This document shows, one piece after another, positions 25,801 through 34,998 of a DNA stretch of 64,000 bases. Made by a program: the position numbers and the translations under genes. Origin of the DNA: an uncultured Eubacteriales bacterium. Lineage in GTDB: Bacteria > Bacillota > Clostridia > Oscillospirales > CAG-272. Where the stretch lies: assembly GCA_900546695.1 (NCBI GenBank), contig URDX01000001.1:15441-79440 (forward strand), in the 5' to 3' direction. Each line of letters begins with the position of its first letter. The stretch's first letter is position 1. The notes under the pieces are model-generated. The model saw only the letters and a list, made by a program, of their open reading frames with translations, had not been told where the DNA came from and ran no database searches.

Positions 25801-27075
25801 CTATTTTTCCGCGTTCTCAGGCTGCTCGTCTTTCTTGTCGGAAGAAGCTTCGGGCGCTTTGTTCTTTGCATCGCCTGCATCGGGTGTGTTGTTCTTGCTG
25901 TCTGATACGGGGTCGCCATCCGATGCGGGCGTGTTATCTTGTGCGGGCATGCTGCCTACGTTGCGTTTTTTGCGTTTTGAAATAAGCACGAACGCAAGGC
26001 AGCCGAGCGGAATAATAATTGCTGCGCATATCGCGAGCTTAACGCCGAGCGTAAGCCCGCCCGTGCCCGATGTGCCGTCCTGTGCTGCGCCGTCAGACGC
26101 GGTCGTTTCGGCGGGAGCTGCTGGGACATCATAGCTGCTCTCGCCGCCCGCGCCGTTGGGATATACGACGGTCGCGCCGTCGTTTTCGACACGAACGCGG
26201 TCGCCGTTCTCGTCTGCGATTATCGAGCCGTCGCCGTCGTCGGCTATGCCGTACTTCTTGCTGCGGTCTATCACGGTGACATTGCTGTCGCGGTCGACCA
26301 TGACGAGATTTCCCGTATTGTCGACGGTAATGACGCTGCCGTCGGCTGCGGGTATGCCCTTGTCGGTAACACCGTCGATGCCGCCGTCTTCCTGAAAGCC
26401 CGCGCCGCTGTTACCCGTGCTGCTGCCCGCGCTGCCCTTGTTTCCCGAGCCGCTCGTGCTGCTGCCCGCATTACCGTTTCCGCTTGTGCTGCCGCCGTTG
26501 CCTGTACCGCTGTTTCCGTTATTACCGGCGTTGCCGCCCGTGTTGCCCTTGCCGTCAGTGCTGCCCGTTTCGCTGCCCGATTTATCATCGGTGCGTGGCG
26601 CATCGGTCTCGGACGGAGCGGGGTCATTCGCCGTTGTATCGTCAAAACGGTTGACCTTGTCGGGGTCGACATAGACGGGATAATCCTCTATAATGACGCA
26701 CCCGCTCGGCACGCACGGCGAGATGCTGCGCGACTGCAGAATTACCACCCGCAGCTGTGTCAGAGCGGTGAGCAGTGCATCGTCTATCGACGTGAGCGTG
26801 TCGGGCAATGTCAGCTTTTTCAGCGGGAGATCGGAGCGGAATATGCGTCCGCGAATCTCGGTGACCTTTCTGCCGCCGAGGCTGTCGGGGATAACTATCT
26901 CGCTCTCCGAGCCGAAATACCCGACTATCGCCGCCGTATCGCCCGATATTGTATACTTAAAATACCCCTCGGAATATACGGTATCATCCGCCGCAGAGAG
27001 CGGCAGCAGCGAGAGCAGCACCGACAGCAGCAGTATCACCGCCGTGCATATGCTTGTTTTTCTTTTGTACTTCAT
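25801..27075 (-). CDS. Type-I membrane protein: signal peptide, BspA-type LRR, G/S/N-rich linker, C-terminal TM and Lys/Asp-rich tail
   Basis: MKYKRKTSICTAVILLLSVLLSLLPLSA is followed by LRR-like VIPDSLGGRKVTEIRGRIF..LKKLTLPDTLTSI. A long GNxGS low-complexity tract follows, then the TM segment LAICAAIIIPLGCLAFVLI. The ATG at 27075 follows GGAGA. Confidence 0.7.
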   Translation of the reverse strand: MKYKRKTSICTAVILLLSVLLSLLPLSAADDTVYSEGYFKYTISGDTAAIVGYFGSESEIVIPDSLGGRKVTEIRGRIFRSDLPLKKLTLPDTLTSIDDALLTALTQLRVVILQSRSISPCVPSGCVIIEDYPVYVDPDKVNRFDDTTANDPAPSETDAPRTDDKSGSETGSTDGKGNTGGNAGNNGNSGTGNGGSTSGNGNAGSSTSGSGNKGSAGSSTGNSGAGFQEDGGIDGVTDKGIPAADGSVITVDNTGNLVMVDRDSNVTVIDRSKKYGIADDGDGSIIADENGDRVRVENDGATVVYPNGAGGESSYDVPAAPAETTASDGAAQDGTSGTGGLTLGVKLAICAAIIIPLGCLAFVLISKRKKRNVGSMPAQDNTPASDGDPVSDSKNNTPDAGDAKNKAPEASSDKKDEQPENAEK

Positions 27076-27092
27076 TTGTTTCTCCGAATTCG

Positions 27093-27130
27093 TTAAAAAT
27101 AAGGATGACAGGCTTACGCCTGCCATCCTT
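27093..27130 (-). terminator. Terminator after the giant gene and small ORF
   Basis: On the minus strand the hairpin aaggatggcaggc-gtaa-gcctgtcatcctt has one mismatch and is followed by attttta. Confidence 0.65.
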
Positions 27131-27151
27131 CCGAGAAAATCAACTATTTTG

Positions 27152-27253
27152 TTAATCGAATTCTGCTCCGCCCTCTTCATTCGAAGCAGTAACTATGTCC
27201 TCGGATTCAAACACAATTACTTCGGTTTCGGGGCTGATATACTTTTCCTTCAT
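27152..27253 (-). CDS. Unannotated 33-aa acidic peptide with lasso-leader-like YxxP N-terminus (candidate RiPP precursor)
   Basis: The minus strand has GAAAGGA, a 5-nt spacer, then ATG. The product is MKEKYISPETEVIVFESEDIVTASNEEGGAEFD followed by TAA. It lies 26 nt after the giant gene stop and 21 nt before the terminator hairpin. It is below the ORF-track length cutoff. Confidence 0.45.
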   Translation of the reverse strand: MKEKYISPETEVIVFESEDIVTASNEEGGAEFD

Positions 27254-27279
27254 ATAAATCCTTTCTGATTGTATGTTAC

Positions 27280-30200
27280 TCAGTTTCCTGCCGGAGACTT
27301 AACGGAAGCGCCGGTATACAGCGTTTCAATATTTCCTGCGGCATCAACATAAGTAATATATCCTCTTACATACAGATTCTTAGCAGCGGATTTCGGACCC
27401 ATAGATATCGTGAAGCCGTAATTACCCTCTGCAGCAGTAGTAGAAGGATTACTTACATAAATATTGCTGTCTCCGATATTCTCAGCAGTGAGCTTATCTG
27501 CATAGGCATCATTAAACGTATACAGGATACCCGCCTTAGCAAGCTTACATCCTTCAGGCAGCGACCAAGCTACGTTAGTTGCAACCGCAACCTTATTAGT
27601 ACCGGAAACTGCAGTACGCTCACTGACAGTAATAGTTACAACAGCTTCGGGTTCAGGCTTCTCGGTCAAATACATAGTAGTGAGCACAACATCGCTCTTA
27701 ATTATAAACGAGTAGGTTGCGTTCATACTGACACATGTATTACCGACATACCATCCTGCAAAGTACTTGCCGTCTGCATCCATCTCGTCAGCCGTTACAG
27801 TAACGCTCGAGCCGTATGCATACTTTGTCTCAAGCGCAGCACCGTCAACAGTTACGGTATAGAGCTCGCTGTCAGCCACATACTTTGCAAAGATAATAGC
27901 ATTAGCTGTGACACTGATATTACCGTTTGCATTAACTTCAAACTCGTTGCCATCAGCATCAAACCATCCGGCAAATGTATAGCCGGAATAGTAAGGCATA
28001 GAAGGAACAGCAACTGCTCCGACTCCGCCGGTCAGTTTAACATCGCCGGACCAATGGATATCCTTAGTTATGGTATCTCTGAATACGACATATGCGTACT
28101 CTGTGCTGCCGGTATCCTCTACATAGCATGCAGTAAGTCCGGTCTTATCACCAAGTATAAAGCTATACTCGGGAGCTTCGGATACGACCTTATTCTCCGC
28201 ATTAATCCAATAGAGGAACTTGTAGCCCGCATTCGGAACAGCGGTTATCGTAAACGAAGTACCCTTAGAATAGAGCTGGTCGATAGCAGGACCGCTCCAA
28301 CGTCCTTCAACATCGCCGTACTTGTAATTTACCTTACCTGCGCCGACATTGACGGAGAGTTTAACCTTTTCAGTACCTCTGAACATTGCAACAAAGTCAG
28401 CGTTTGCAGAAGCCTTGAATGTATAGGCTGCATTCTGGGAAACGCACTCGCTGCCCTTGTACCAACCAAGGAACTCATAGCCGCCGTTTGCGGTAGCCGT
28501 GATAGTTACCTCGGTGCCTTCCTCATACGCTCCGCCGCCGGTAAGAACGCCTGCGCCTGCAGGGCTAACGGTCGTCGTAACGGTATACTGAGGAATCGGT
28601 ATCCACTTTGTATTATCGCTGTCACGGACAAGTATCGTATACTCACCTGTGCTGCTTGTGCTTACACAAAGCTTTCTGTTACCGCTGACAGTGCCGTCAT
28701 CAAAGGTATGAACCTCTGTAACGGAGCCCTCGTTTACGAAAATCTTAGGCTCAAGCTTATTAGCGGTAGTGTAAGTATTAATCGCGATCGAGCTGACCTT
28801 GGTATTGTTCAGTACGAGCGGATTAGCGCTTGAAACGTTAGACCAAATTGCAGATACATACATATCTTTATTGGTATTGTTATTGGAGATATCGCAGTTT
28901 GTCATAACTGCACCGTGTGTACCGTAGAGATTTACGGCAATGTAGTAATTACCGCTGATCTTTACATTGGTAAACTCGGTAGAGGTTCCGCCGCAAAGGA
29001 AGATCGCAAAGCGTGCGGTACCTTCCATAGTGAGGTCCTTAATCTTGATGCCGGTGCAATAAAGCCTATCGTTCGCATTACCAAAGTAAAGTGCACTTCC
29101 GCCCGACTGCATAGGATCGGTCGTGGTTGCGCAGGTAATGGTATAGCCGTTACCGTCAAGCGTAAGACCGTTAAGAGCCTTTACGATATCAATCTGCTCG
29201 GTAAGAGTAATGTTCTTGAGAAGTCTTACGGTATAGCCCGTCTCGACATTACCAAATGCCTCTGCGAGAGTTGCATATGCCTTAACGGAGTTACCATCAG
29301 CGTCAAGAATCTGTGCTGCCATATCGGAAACTGCAACAAAGTTGCCGCTCTCGTCCTTAGCAACACCGACACCCTCTGCAACAAAGCTCGGGGTCTTGCC
29401 GTCGACCTTCTTCTCGGGAGAAACGTTCGGGTCAAAGTCTGCAAATGTACCGCCCTTAATTGCCACCTTAGCGTCGCCGGAAGCAAATGCATCGTCGATG
29501 CAGTTAATGAGGTACATCGAAGAGTCGTTCCACTTCTGGAGAAGCGAGAAATTACCGCCGTTGATAACGAGGTTACCCGACTCTACCTGAACTACGGAAA
29601 CGTTACCGATAAATGTACCGTTCTCGATGGTGAGAGTGCTGTTACCTTTAACATTGAAGGTATAGCAGTCATTTTCCTTTGCCGCAATAGTACCGTTGCC
29701 GGTTACTGTGACATTTGCACCGTCGTCAATCAGGATAAGAGAGTTAACTTTATCCCAAATATCTGCGGTGTTTCTGATTGTGTAACCGCTCAGGTCAAGT
29801 GTAATGCTCTTGTTGATAACTATCTGCTCGGTTACGTCAACACCTGCGATAAGGGTTACGGTATCGCCGGCCTTTGCGGCATCAATTGCCGCCTGAAGAG
29901 ATACATACTTTTCATTGCCGTTCTGAGCAACATACACGCCGGTCTTTACGCCGTAAGTACCGTCCGCATTCTGCGTAGGAATGAAGCCAACTGCGCAATA
30001 GTCCTCGGGAACAGCAGTTGTGAATGTACCGCCGGAGACTGCGATAGTACCGTTTGTGTTATCAAATACACTCCCGGTCATGTCCTTCCACTCGTATGCC
30101 TTGAAAGCATAGTTTCCGGTCTTAGCGGTAAACCTTCCTGCCTCAACCTTGACTTTACCAAGATCCTTATAGCCGGGACGATTGATGACGGAGATAGCAG

Positions 30201-33200
30201 CGCCGTCCTCTATCGCACCGTCGTTCTCTGTCTTTTCAACAGGGCCGCCGGTAACGGTGATGGCACTCTTATCGCCTACGATATTCAGGCTGCCTGCGCA
30301 AACCTGAGCACCCATGGTCTTAGCGTTGATAACGCTGTTGTTGATGGTCAGCGTACCGCTGCTCGGGAAGTAAATTCCGAAGCCGTTCGGGACATTGAGC
30401 GTCGAATTAATGAGTGTAACATTATCATTGGTGTTGCCGCCGTTTGTCTCGATACCGCTGTGACCGTTGGCTGTCATGGTGACATTCTCAAACACCAGAG
30501 CAGAGTTGTTGTAGGTAGTAGAACCGCCCATAGCGGAGGGGATGAGACCAACCATCGAGTTACTTATGACCGTACCGTTCATCACGGTCAGTGTAACGTC
30601 AGAGTAGTTAATCTCGAACGCCGCACAGTCAGTGTATTTTCCGGTGTATGTCCAAGTATGACCGCCAAGATCGATGGTAAGATTCTTGCTGCCGGAGTTC
30701 TGTACCTCACCGGTGGTGTAGTCACGCAGCAGATAGAGCGTCTTACCAGAATCAAGAGCAGCATGGAAAGCCTCGTTCATCGTGTAGTAGGAGGTGTCGC
30801 CTACCTTGGCAAGGTAAGCTTTTTCTACACCGAAGGTGCCGTCAACATTTGTCTTAACAGCACTTCCCTCTACTACATACTTGGCAGGATCCTTCTCGAA
30901 TGTACCCGCAGTTACCTCGATGGTAGCCATAGCAGTTTCATCGGTAGGAACCAAACCGTCTCTGTAGGTATATGTGCCGAGCGTTCCGGTGACAGTACCA
31001 CCCTTAACGTAGATACGCGCCTGCTTATCGGCAGCGCTGTCATAGTTTACGGAAGCAACATTGCCGTTTACGGTACCGCCGCTGATTGTGAGCGTACTGT
31101 AAGCAACACCCGTGCTGTATGCCCAAGAGGAAACAGTACCGTTAACAGTACCGCCCTTAATATTAGCAGCGCGCCAGTTTTCAACAGCATAGCTGTTAGC
31201 AGAGTTAACTACACCGCCAAGGAGATGCAACGTACCGTAGTCAACCTTGATTGCAACAAAGTTATCCTGAGTAAATGTACCGCCGGTTATTGTCAATGTA
31301 GGGTTGGCATCGCGTACGTTATCGTTGCCGAGGCGTACAAGAGACGCGCCCTTACCACTCTTTGTACCGCTGTTATTTATAACGTTACCGCCCTCAAATC
31401 TGAGGAAGCCGTACTCACCCTGAATATCAATTACATAGTAGGAGCTGACACCGGAGTTTTCTGCGGTATCCTCACGCATGATGGTACCGGTCTGACCCGC
31501 GCTGCTGTCCATGATTGTAACTCTCGCGTTATCAATCTTAACAGCGGCTTTCTCCTTGACCTGTCCGCCGTTGATAGTAAATCCGTTAAGATCAAGTATC
31601 AGATTCTTAGAGATGGTAACATTCTCACGAGTGTCTGCGAGCATCGTAACAGTTTTGCCTCTCGTTGCAGCATTAATTGCTTCTTCGAGAGATTCGTACT
31701 TAATGCCGCCGGTCTCAGCAACATAAGTACCGGTCTTTACGCCGTGAGTACCGTCCGCATTCTGCGTAGGAATGAAGCCAACTGCGCAATAGTCCTCGGG
31801 AACAGCAGTTGTGAATGTACCGCCGGAGATGGAAATCGTTTCGTCGTTAAGATCGCTGTACTTTTCCATGACGGAAGCAAGGCTTGCAAGACCTACAGGT
31901 CCTGTATATTTACCATCGCCGATAATCGTCACTGTACCTTCAGGCTTAGGAGTTACCTCTACTCCTGTATTATCGGTAGATGCAACAGCAAAACCGTGTG
32001 TAGCTGCACCGTTATTATTTGGGACGTACTCTACCTTGGTGGAGGTAGCGGTTACGGTGCATCTGTCAAGTGTGAGGTCGGTATATTTAACCTCAATACC
32101 CGTTCCGCCGTTAACAACACAATTGGTAAGAGTTACATTCTGCATTCCGCCCTTTGTAACAGTCGCGGAAGAGCCGGAAATGTAGATACCGGTCATATCA
32201 TAGTTACTTTCGGCGGGCTCACCCGAACCACCGATAATTGTCGAATCGGTAATCTTGAGTTTAAGTCCGTAATTAGAGCCGTTATGATACAGACCGCAGG
32301 ATCTACCGGTAATATTACTATTGGTAATAGTAATATCGGAGTTATCAGCGAAATCTGCTATTGCATAGCCGGCGCTGACAGTCAGCTTGTCAGCAGTATG
32401 TTTATAACCAAGTGTCTTACTGGAATAAGCAAGACCGACAAGTCCCGCAGACTCAATAGTAAGATTTTTTATTGTTGATTTTCCCCAGACAGCTATACCA
32501 CGCGCACTTGCACTTGTAGACTTGTAGGTTCCGTTTTGGATGGTAATAGTTTTTTCGGCAGACAACGAGTAGCCATTGCCGGAATAACTATTAGCAACGG
32601 TATGACCATTAAGGTCTAAGGTAATTGCTTTGCTAATGGTCAACTTATCAGAAAGCTGAACATCATCAAAAAGCTTTATCGTCTGGTTAGCCTTTACATT
32701 AGCAACTGCTTCTTCAAGAGACTCATAGCAAGCCGAGCCAATCTTTGCAACCAGCTTACCTTCTTTGATACCATAAGTACCGTCAGAGTTCTTGACAAGT
32801 ATGCATCCATCAGCCCAATAATAATCTGGTATATCCCTATTGTAAGTACCGCCACTAACCTCATAATTAGCGTTTGTGGCAGGAGACATGTAATGGAATA
32901 TGGGGTATTTCGTATTCTTAATTCTATATGTACCGCCGGTTATCTTAGTTATGGATGTATATCCGCTAACAAGACCGGTTACAACTACTCTTGCATTAGT
33001 GCTTGAGCTGTTCTGAATGAATTCGCCACCGGTAATTGTCGTATCTCCATAAACAAGAATTGTACCGGTTACTCCAAAACGAGGAGCATAGTCTGACACA
33101 TATTTACCACCGTTAATAACAAGGGTCGAACCTTCCTCGCTCTTAACAACGTTAAGACCGCCGGTGTATGTACCGCTCTTAATTGTAAGGTTGCCCCAGT

Positions 33201-34563
33201 TATCAATCATCGAAGAACCGGTATTGCCCGCAGTAGCAGTAACACCGGTCAGTGTAAGGTTTGCATTGCTGCCCTTTACAACTTCGATGTTATAGTAGCT
33301 TGTACCGCCTACAACAGTACCGTTCGTTACGGTAACAGTCGCGCCGTTCTGAACGGAGATAGTTGCCTTACCTGCGTTTGTGTTCGTCAGCGTCTTGCCG
33401 CCGAGGTCGAGCGTGATGTTCTTGTCAATTACAACATCATAGGTTGCATCCGCAAGAAGCTTAACGGTCTCGCCGTCATTAGCAGCTGCAACAGCTGCGG
33501 CAAGAGTCTCGTACTTGTTCTCGCCTATCTCAGCCGCATAATTAACAGTTTCGGAAACACCGTATGTGCCGTCGCCGTTATCTTTGATGGTGACACCGTC
33601 TGCGAGATAGTCGCTCGGAACTTCGGAAGTAAACGTACCGCCGGTGATATTAAACTCTTCCGATACCTTATCGGCAGACGAATCTGCGGAAACATTGAAC
33701 GTTCCGTTTATACCGCTGCCGTTCGCCTCAATAGTGTAATCTGCGCCGCCGCCTTCTATAGCTTTCTGGAGCAGACCCTTTGCGCAAGCTTCAGCAGTAA
33801 CATTATCAAATGTAATGTCGGTTGCCTTGGAGACGACAATTGCTGCCTTCTCAGTCATACCGTTAAAGGTTGTATTCTCAATCTTTATTGTCGGTGCATC
33901 AACCGTACCTTCAGTATAAGCCTTAACACCGCGGAATCCGGTAAACGTACTGTTCTTAGCCTCAGTAACGGTACCGCCGTAGTTCCAAAGACCGTAATTT
34001 CCTTTTGTAGAATTGAGCTTGCAATTATCTATTACGGTCTTTCCGTAACGATTGTTGCACAGACCGTTCGGGAAAGTGCAGTTTGTATATGTTACGGTAT
34101 TATCAGCATGGTTTATATTACGGAGCTCACATGCAAAATAATTGGTAGTGTGTCCGTGGTCATTCACCCAAGTTCCGTTCGGATGAGAGAGGGTAAGGCC
34201 CTCGAAGCTTACATCAATATCGTAAGCCTGATCCCCCAAAGCTGACTTGGGATTCGTAATGCAAAGCTCGGCAGTGACATCCTCGCCGACAAACTTAACA
34301 GCAGTAAGACCTGTAAGTCCGCTCTTTGCAACCTCTATCCAAGCATCGGTCGAAATAATGTCGACCTTGCCGCTGACGGTATAGGTAATAACACCGTCAA
34401 TCGGTTCTGCATTTTGAACAGCAGTTTCAAAGGTGCTGTAAGTTATATTGCCAACCTTGATCGTTCCGCCGTCATCCGCGAAAACCGCGACGGGCATGAG
34501 CGAAAGCACCATCAGAACCGAAAGAATAATACTTAAAACGCGATGTTTAGAATTAATCTTCAT
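27280..34563 (-). CDS. Giant secreted/surface protein: signal peptide, at least 7 right-handed beta-helix modules, C-terminal InlB-B/Flg_new-type repeats
   Basis: The signal peptide is MKINSKHRVLSIILSVLMVLSLMPVAVFADDG. Module junctions of the form GGTF(T)..VP.DY.A.G......DGTYGV.....A.IG...Y.(S/T)L..A...A..G.T(V/I)..L recur. The C-terminus has GGYEFLGWY, GYKFLYWI, GYTFAGWF and GKYFAGWY repeats. No LPXTG motif was seen. Confidence 0.85.
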   Translation of the reverse strand: MKINSKHRVLSIILSVLMVLSLMPVAVFADDGGTIKVGNITYSTFETAVQNAEPIDGVITYTVSGKVDIISTDAWIEVAKSGLTGLTAVKFVGEDVTAELCITNPKSALGDQAYDIDVSFEGLTLSHPNGTWVNDHGHTTNYFACELRNINHADNTVTYTNCTFPNGLCNNRYGKTVIDNCKLNSTKGNYGLWNYGGTVTEAKNSTFTGFRGVKAYTEGTVDAPTIKIENTTFNGMTEKAAIVVSKATDITFDNVTAEACAKGLLQKAIEGGGADYTIEANGSGINGTFNVSADSSADKVSEEFNITGGTFTSEVPSDYLADGVTIKDNGDGTYGVSETVNYAAEIGENKYETLAAAVAAANDGETVKLLADATYDVVIDKNITLDLGGKTLTNTNAGKATISVQNGATVTVTNGTVVGGTSYYNIEVVKGSNANLTLTGVTATAGNTGSSMIDNWGNLTIKSGTYTGGLNVVKSEEGSTLVINGGKYVSDYAPRFGVTGTILVYGDTTITGGEFIQNSSSTNARVVVTGLVSGYTSITKITGGTYRIKNTKYPIFHYMSPATNANYEVSGGTYNRDIPDYYWADGCILVKNSDGTYGIKEGKLVAKIGSACYESLEEAVANVKANQTIKLFDDVQLSDKLTISKAITLDLNGHTVANSYSGNGYSLSAEKTITIQNGTYKSTSASARGIAVWGKSTIKNLTIESAGLVGLAYSSKTLGYKHTADKLTVSAGYAIADFADNSDITITNSNITGRSCGLYHNGSNYGLKLKITDSTIIGGSGEPAESNYDMTGIYISGSSATVTKGGMQNVTLTNCVVNGGTGIEVKYTDLTLDRCTVTATSTKVEYVPNNNGAATHGFAVASTDNTGVEVTPKPEGTVTIIGDGKYTGPVGLASLASVMEKYSDLNDETISISGGTFTTAVPEDYCAVGFIPTQNADGTHGVKTGTYVAETGGIKYESLEEAINAATRGKTVTMLADTRENVTISKNLILDLNGFTINGGQVKEKAAVKIDNARVTIMDSSAGQTGTIMREDTAENSGVSSYYVIDIQGEYGFLRFEGGNVINNSGTKSGKGASLVRLGNDNVRDANPTLTITGGTFTQDNFVAIKVDYGTLHLLGGVVNSANSYAVENWRAANIKGGTVNGTVSSWAYSTGVAYSTLTISGGTVNGNVASVNYDSAADKQARIYVKGGTVTGTLGTYTYRDGLVPTDETAMATIEVTAGTFEKDPAKYVVEGSAVKTNVDGTFGVEKAYLAKVGDTSYYTMNEAFHAALDSGKTLYLLRDYTTGEVQNSGSKNLTIDLGGHTWTYTGKYTDCAAFEINYSDVTLTVMNGTVISNSMVGLIPSAMGGSTTYNNSALVFENVTMTANGHSGIETNGGNTNDNVTLINSTLNVPNGFGIYFPSSGTLTINNSVINAKTMGAQVCAGSLNIVGDKSAITVTGGPVEKTENDGAIEDGAAISVINRPGYKDLGKVKVEAGRFTAKTGNYAFKAYEWKDMTGSVFDNTNGTIAVSGGTFTTAVPEDYCAVGFIPTQNADGTYGVKTGVYVAQNGNEKYVSLQAAIDAAKAGDTVTLIAGVDVTEQIVINKSITLDLSGYTIRNTADIWDKVNSLILIDDGANVTVTGNGTIAAKENDCYTFNVKGNSTLTIENGTFIGNVSVVQVESGNLVINGGNFSLLQKWNDSSMYLINCIDDAFASGDAKVAIKGGTFADFDPNVSPEKKVDGKTPSFVAEGVGVAKDESGNFVAVSDMAAQILDADGNSVKAYATLAEAFGNVETGYTVRLLKNITLTEQIDIVKALNGLTLDGNGYTITCATTTDPMQSGGSALYFGNANDRLYCTGIKIKDLTMEGTARFAIFLCGGTSTEFTNVKISGNYYIAVNLYGTHGAVMTNCDISNNNTNKDMYVSAIWSNVSSANPLVLNNTKVSSIAINTYTTANKLEPKIFVNEGSVTEVHTFDDGTVSGNRKLCVSTSSTGEYTILVRDSDNTKWIPIPQYTVTTTVSPAGAGVLTGGGAYEEGTEVTITATANGGYEFLGWYKGSECVSQNAAYTFKASANADFVAMFRGTEKVKLSVNVGAGKVNYKYGDVEGRWSGPAIDQLYSKGTSFTITAVPNAGYKFLYWINAENKVVSEAPEYSFILGDKTGLTACYVEDTGSTEYAYVVFRDTITKDIHWSGDVKLTGGVGAVAVPSMPYYSGYTFAGWFDADGNEFEVNANGNISVTANAIIFAKYVADSELYTVTVDGAALETKYAYGSSVTVTADEMDADGKYFAGWYVGNTCVSMNATYSFIIKSDVVLTTMYLTEKPEPEAVVTITVSERTAVSGTNKVAVATNVAWSLPEGCKLAKAGILYTFNDAYADKLTAENIGDSNIYVSNPSTTAAEGNYGFTISMGPKSAAKNLYVRGYITYVDAAGNIETLYTGASVKSPAGN
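29939..30038. repeat. 100-bp intragenic repeat, copy A
   Basis: ccggtctttacgccgtAagtaccgtccgcattctgcgtaggaatgaagccaactgcgcaatagtcctcgggaacagcagttgtgaatgtaccgccggaga is identical to copy B except for one A/G position. Confidence 0.9.
31730..31829. repeat. 100-bp intragenic repeat, copy B
   Basis: It matches copy A with one mismatch. The offset is 1791 bp (3 x 597), which is in frame. Confidence 0.9.
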
Positions 34564-34805
34564 ATGGATTTAAACCTTCCTAAAGTTTTACCCGCAGTTT
34601 AGGTGTGGGGCATCTCCACCGTATTGAATACTGATCCGCCCACCGTCTGCGGGCGCTTGTCCGACACCGTACGGCGTCAAGTGCGCGCGTTCCTCACGCG
34701 GGCAGAGCCTTATCCCCCTTTCCTTTTCGTCGTCCGTTCCGCGCCTTTGGGCGGTGCAGATTGCCCGTTTTCAGGGTGCGTACATAGGGACTCCATGTTG
34801 GTAAC

Positions 34806-34834
34806 AGTATAACACAAAGCCCTTTTAATTACAA
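34806..34834 (-). promoter_or_regulatory. Candidate promoter of the giant surface-protein gene
   Basis: The minus strand reads TTGTAA, a 17-nt spacer, then TATACT preceded by TGt. This leaves a 5' leader of about 235 nt. Confidence 0.45.
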
Positions 34835-34969
34835 TACCTTCGGGCCGATTTCGGCAGATATTTTTCAAAATATTTTTGTATTTTTCGGTGAACCGCGAGA
34901 CAAACTAACCGCGCAGAACAAAGAATGGCAGTATAAGGAATCGCGAGGCACAGCCGCTGCGAAAAATTG

Positions 34970-34998
34970 TTGACAAAAAGCGCAAAAGGTAATATAAT
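34970..34998 (+). promoter_or_regulatory. mgtE promoter
   Basis: It reads TTGACA, a 17-nt spacer, then TATAAT. Both hexamers are consensus. It lies about 420 nt upstream of the mgtE ATG. Confidence 0.7.

Noticed and set aside
29939-31829. A possible diversity-generating retroelement TR/VR pair.
   Set aside because: There is only one mismatch, and it is not part of an adenine-specific pattern. No reverse transcriptase is nearby. Both copies are coding parts of the same gene.
28915-32478. An 1187-aa plus-strand ORF, plus 28054-28833.
   Set aside because: It is antisense to the giant surface-protein gene. It has no RBS or signal and an unusual composition (C/N/I-rich). It is open only because of the codon bias of the sense strand.
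34564-34805. A c-di-GMP (GEMM-I/II) riboswitch call for the giant-gene leader.
   Set aside because: There is only loose resemblance to the GGCAAACC...GACGCAAAGC and UGCAACCGACC cores, which is not enough to call it.
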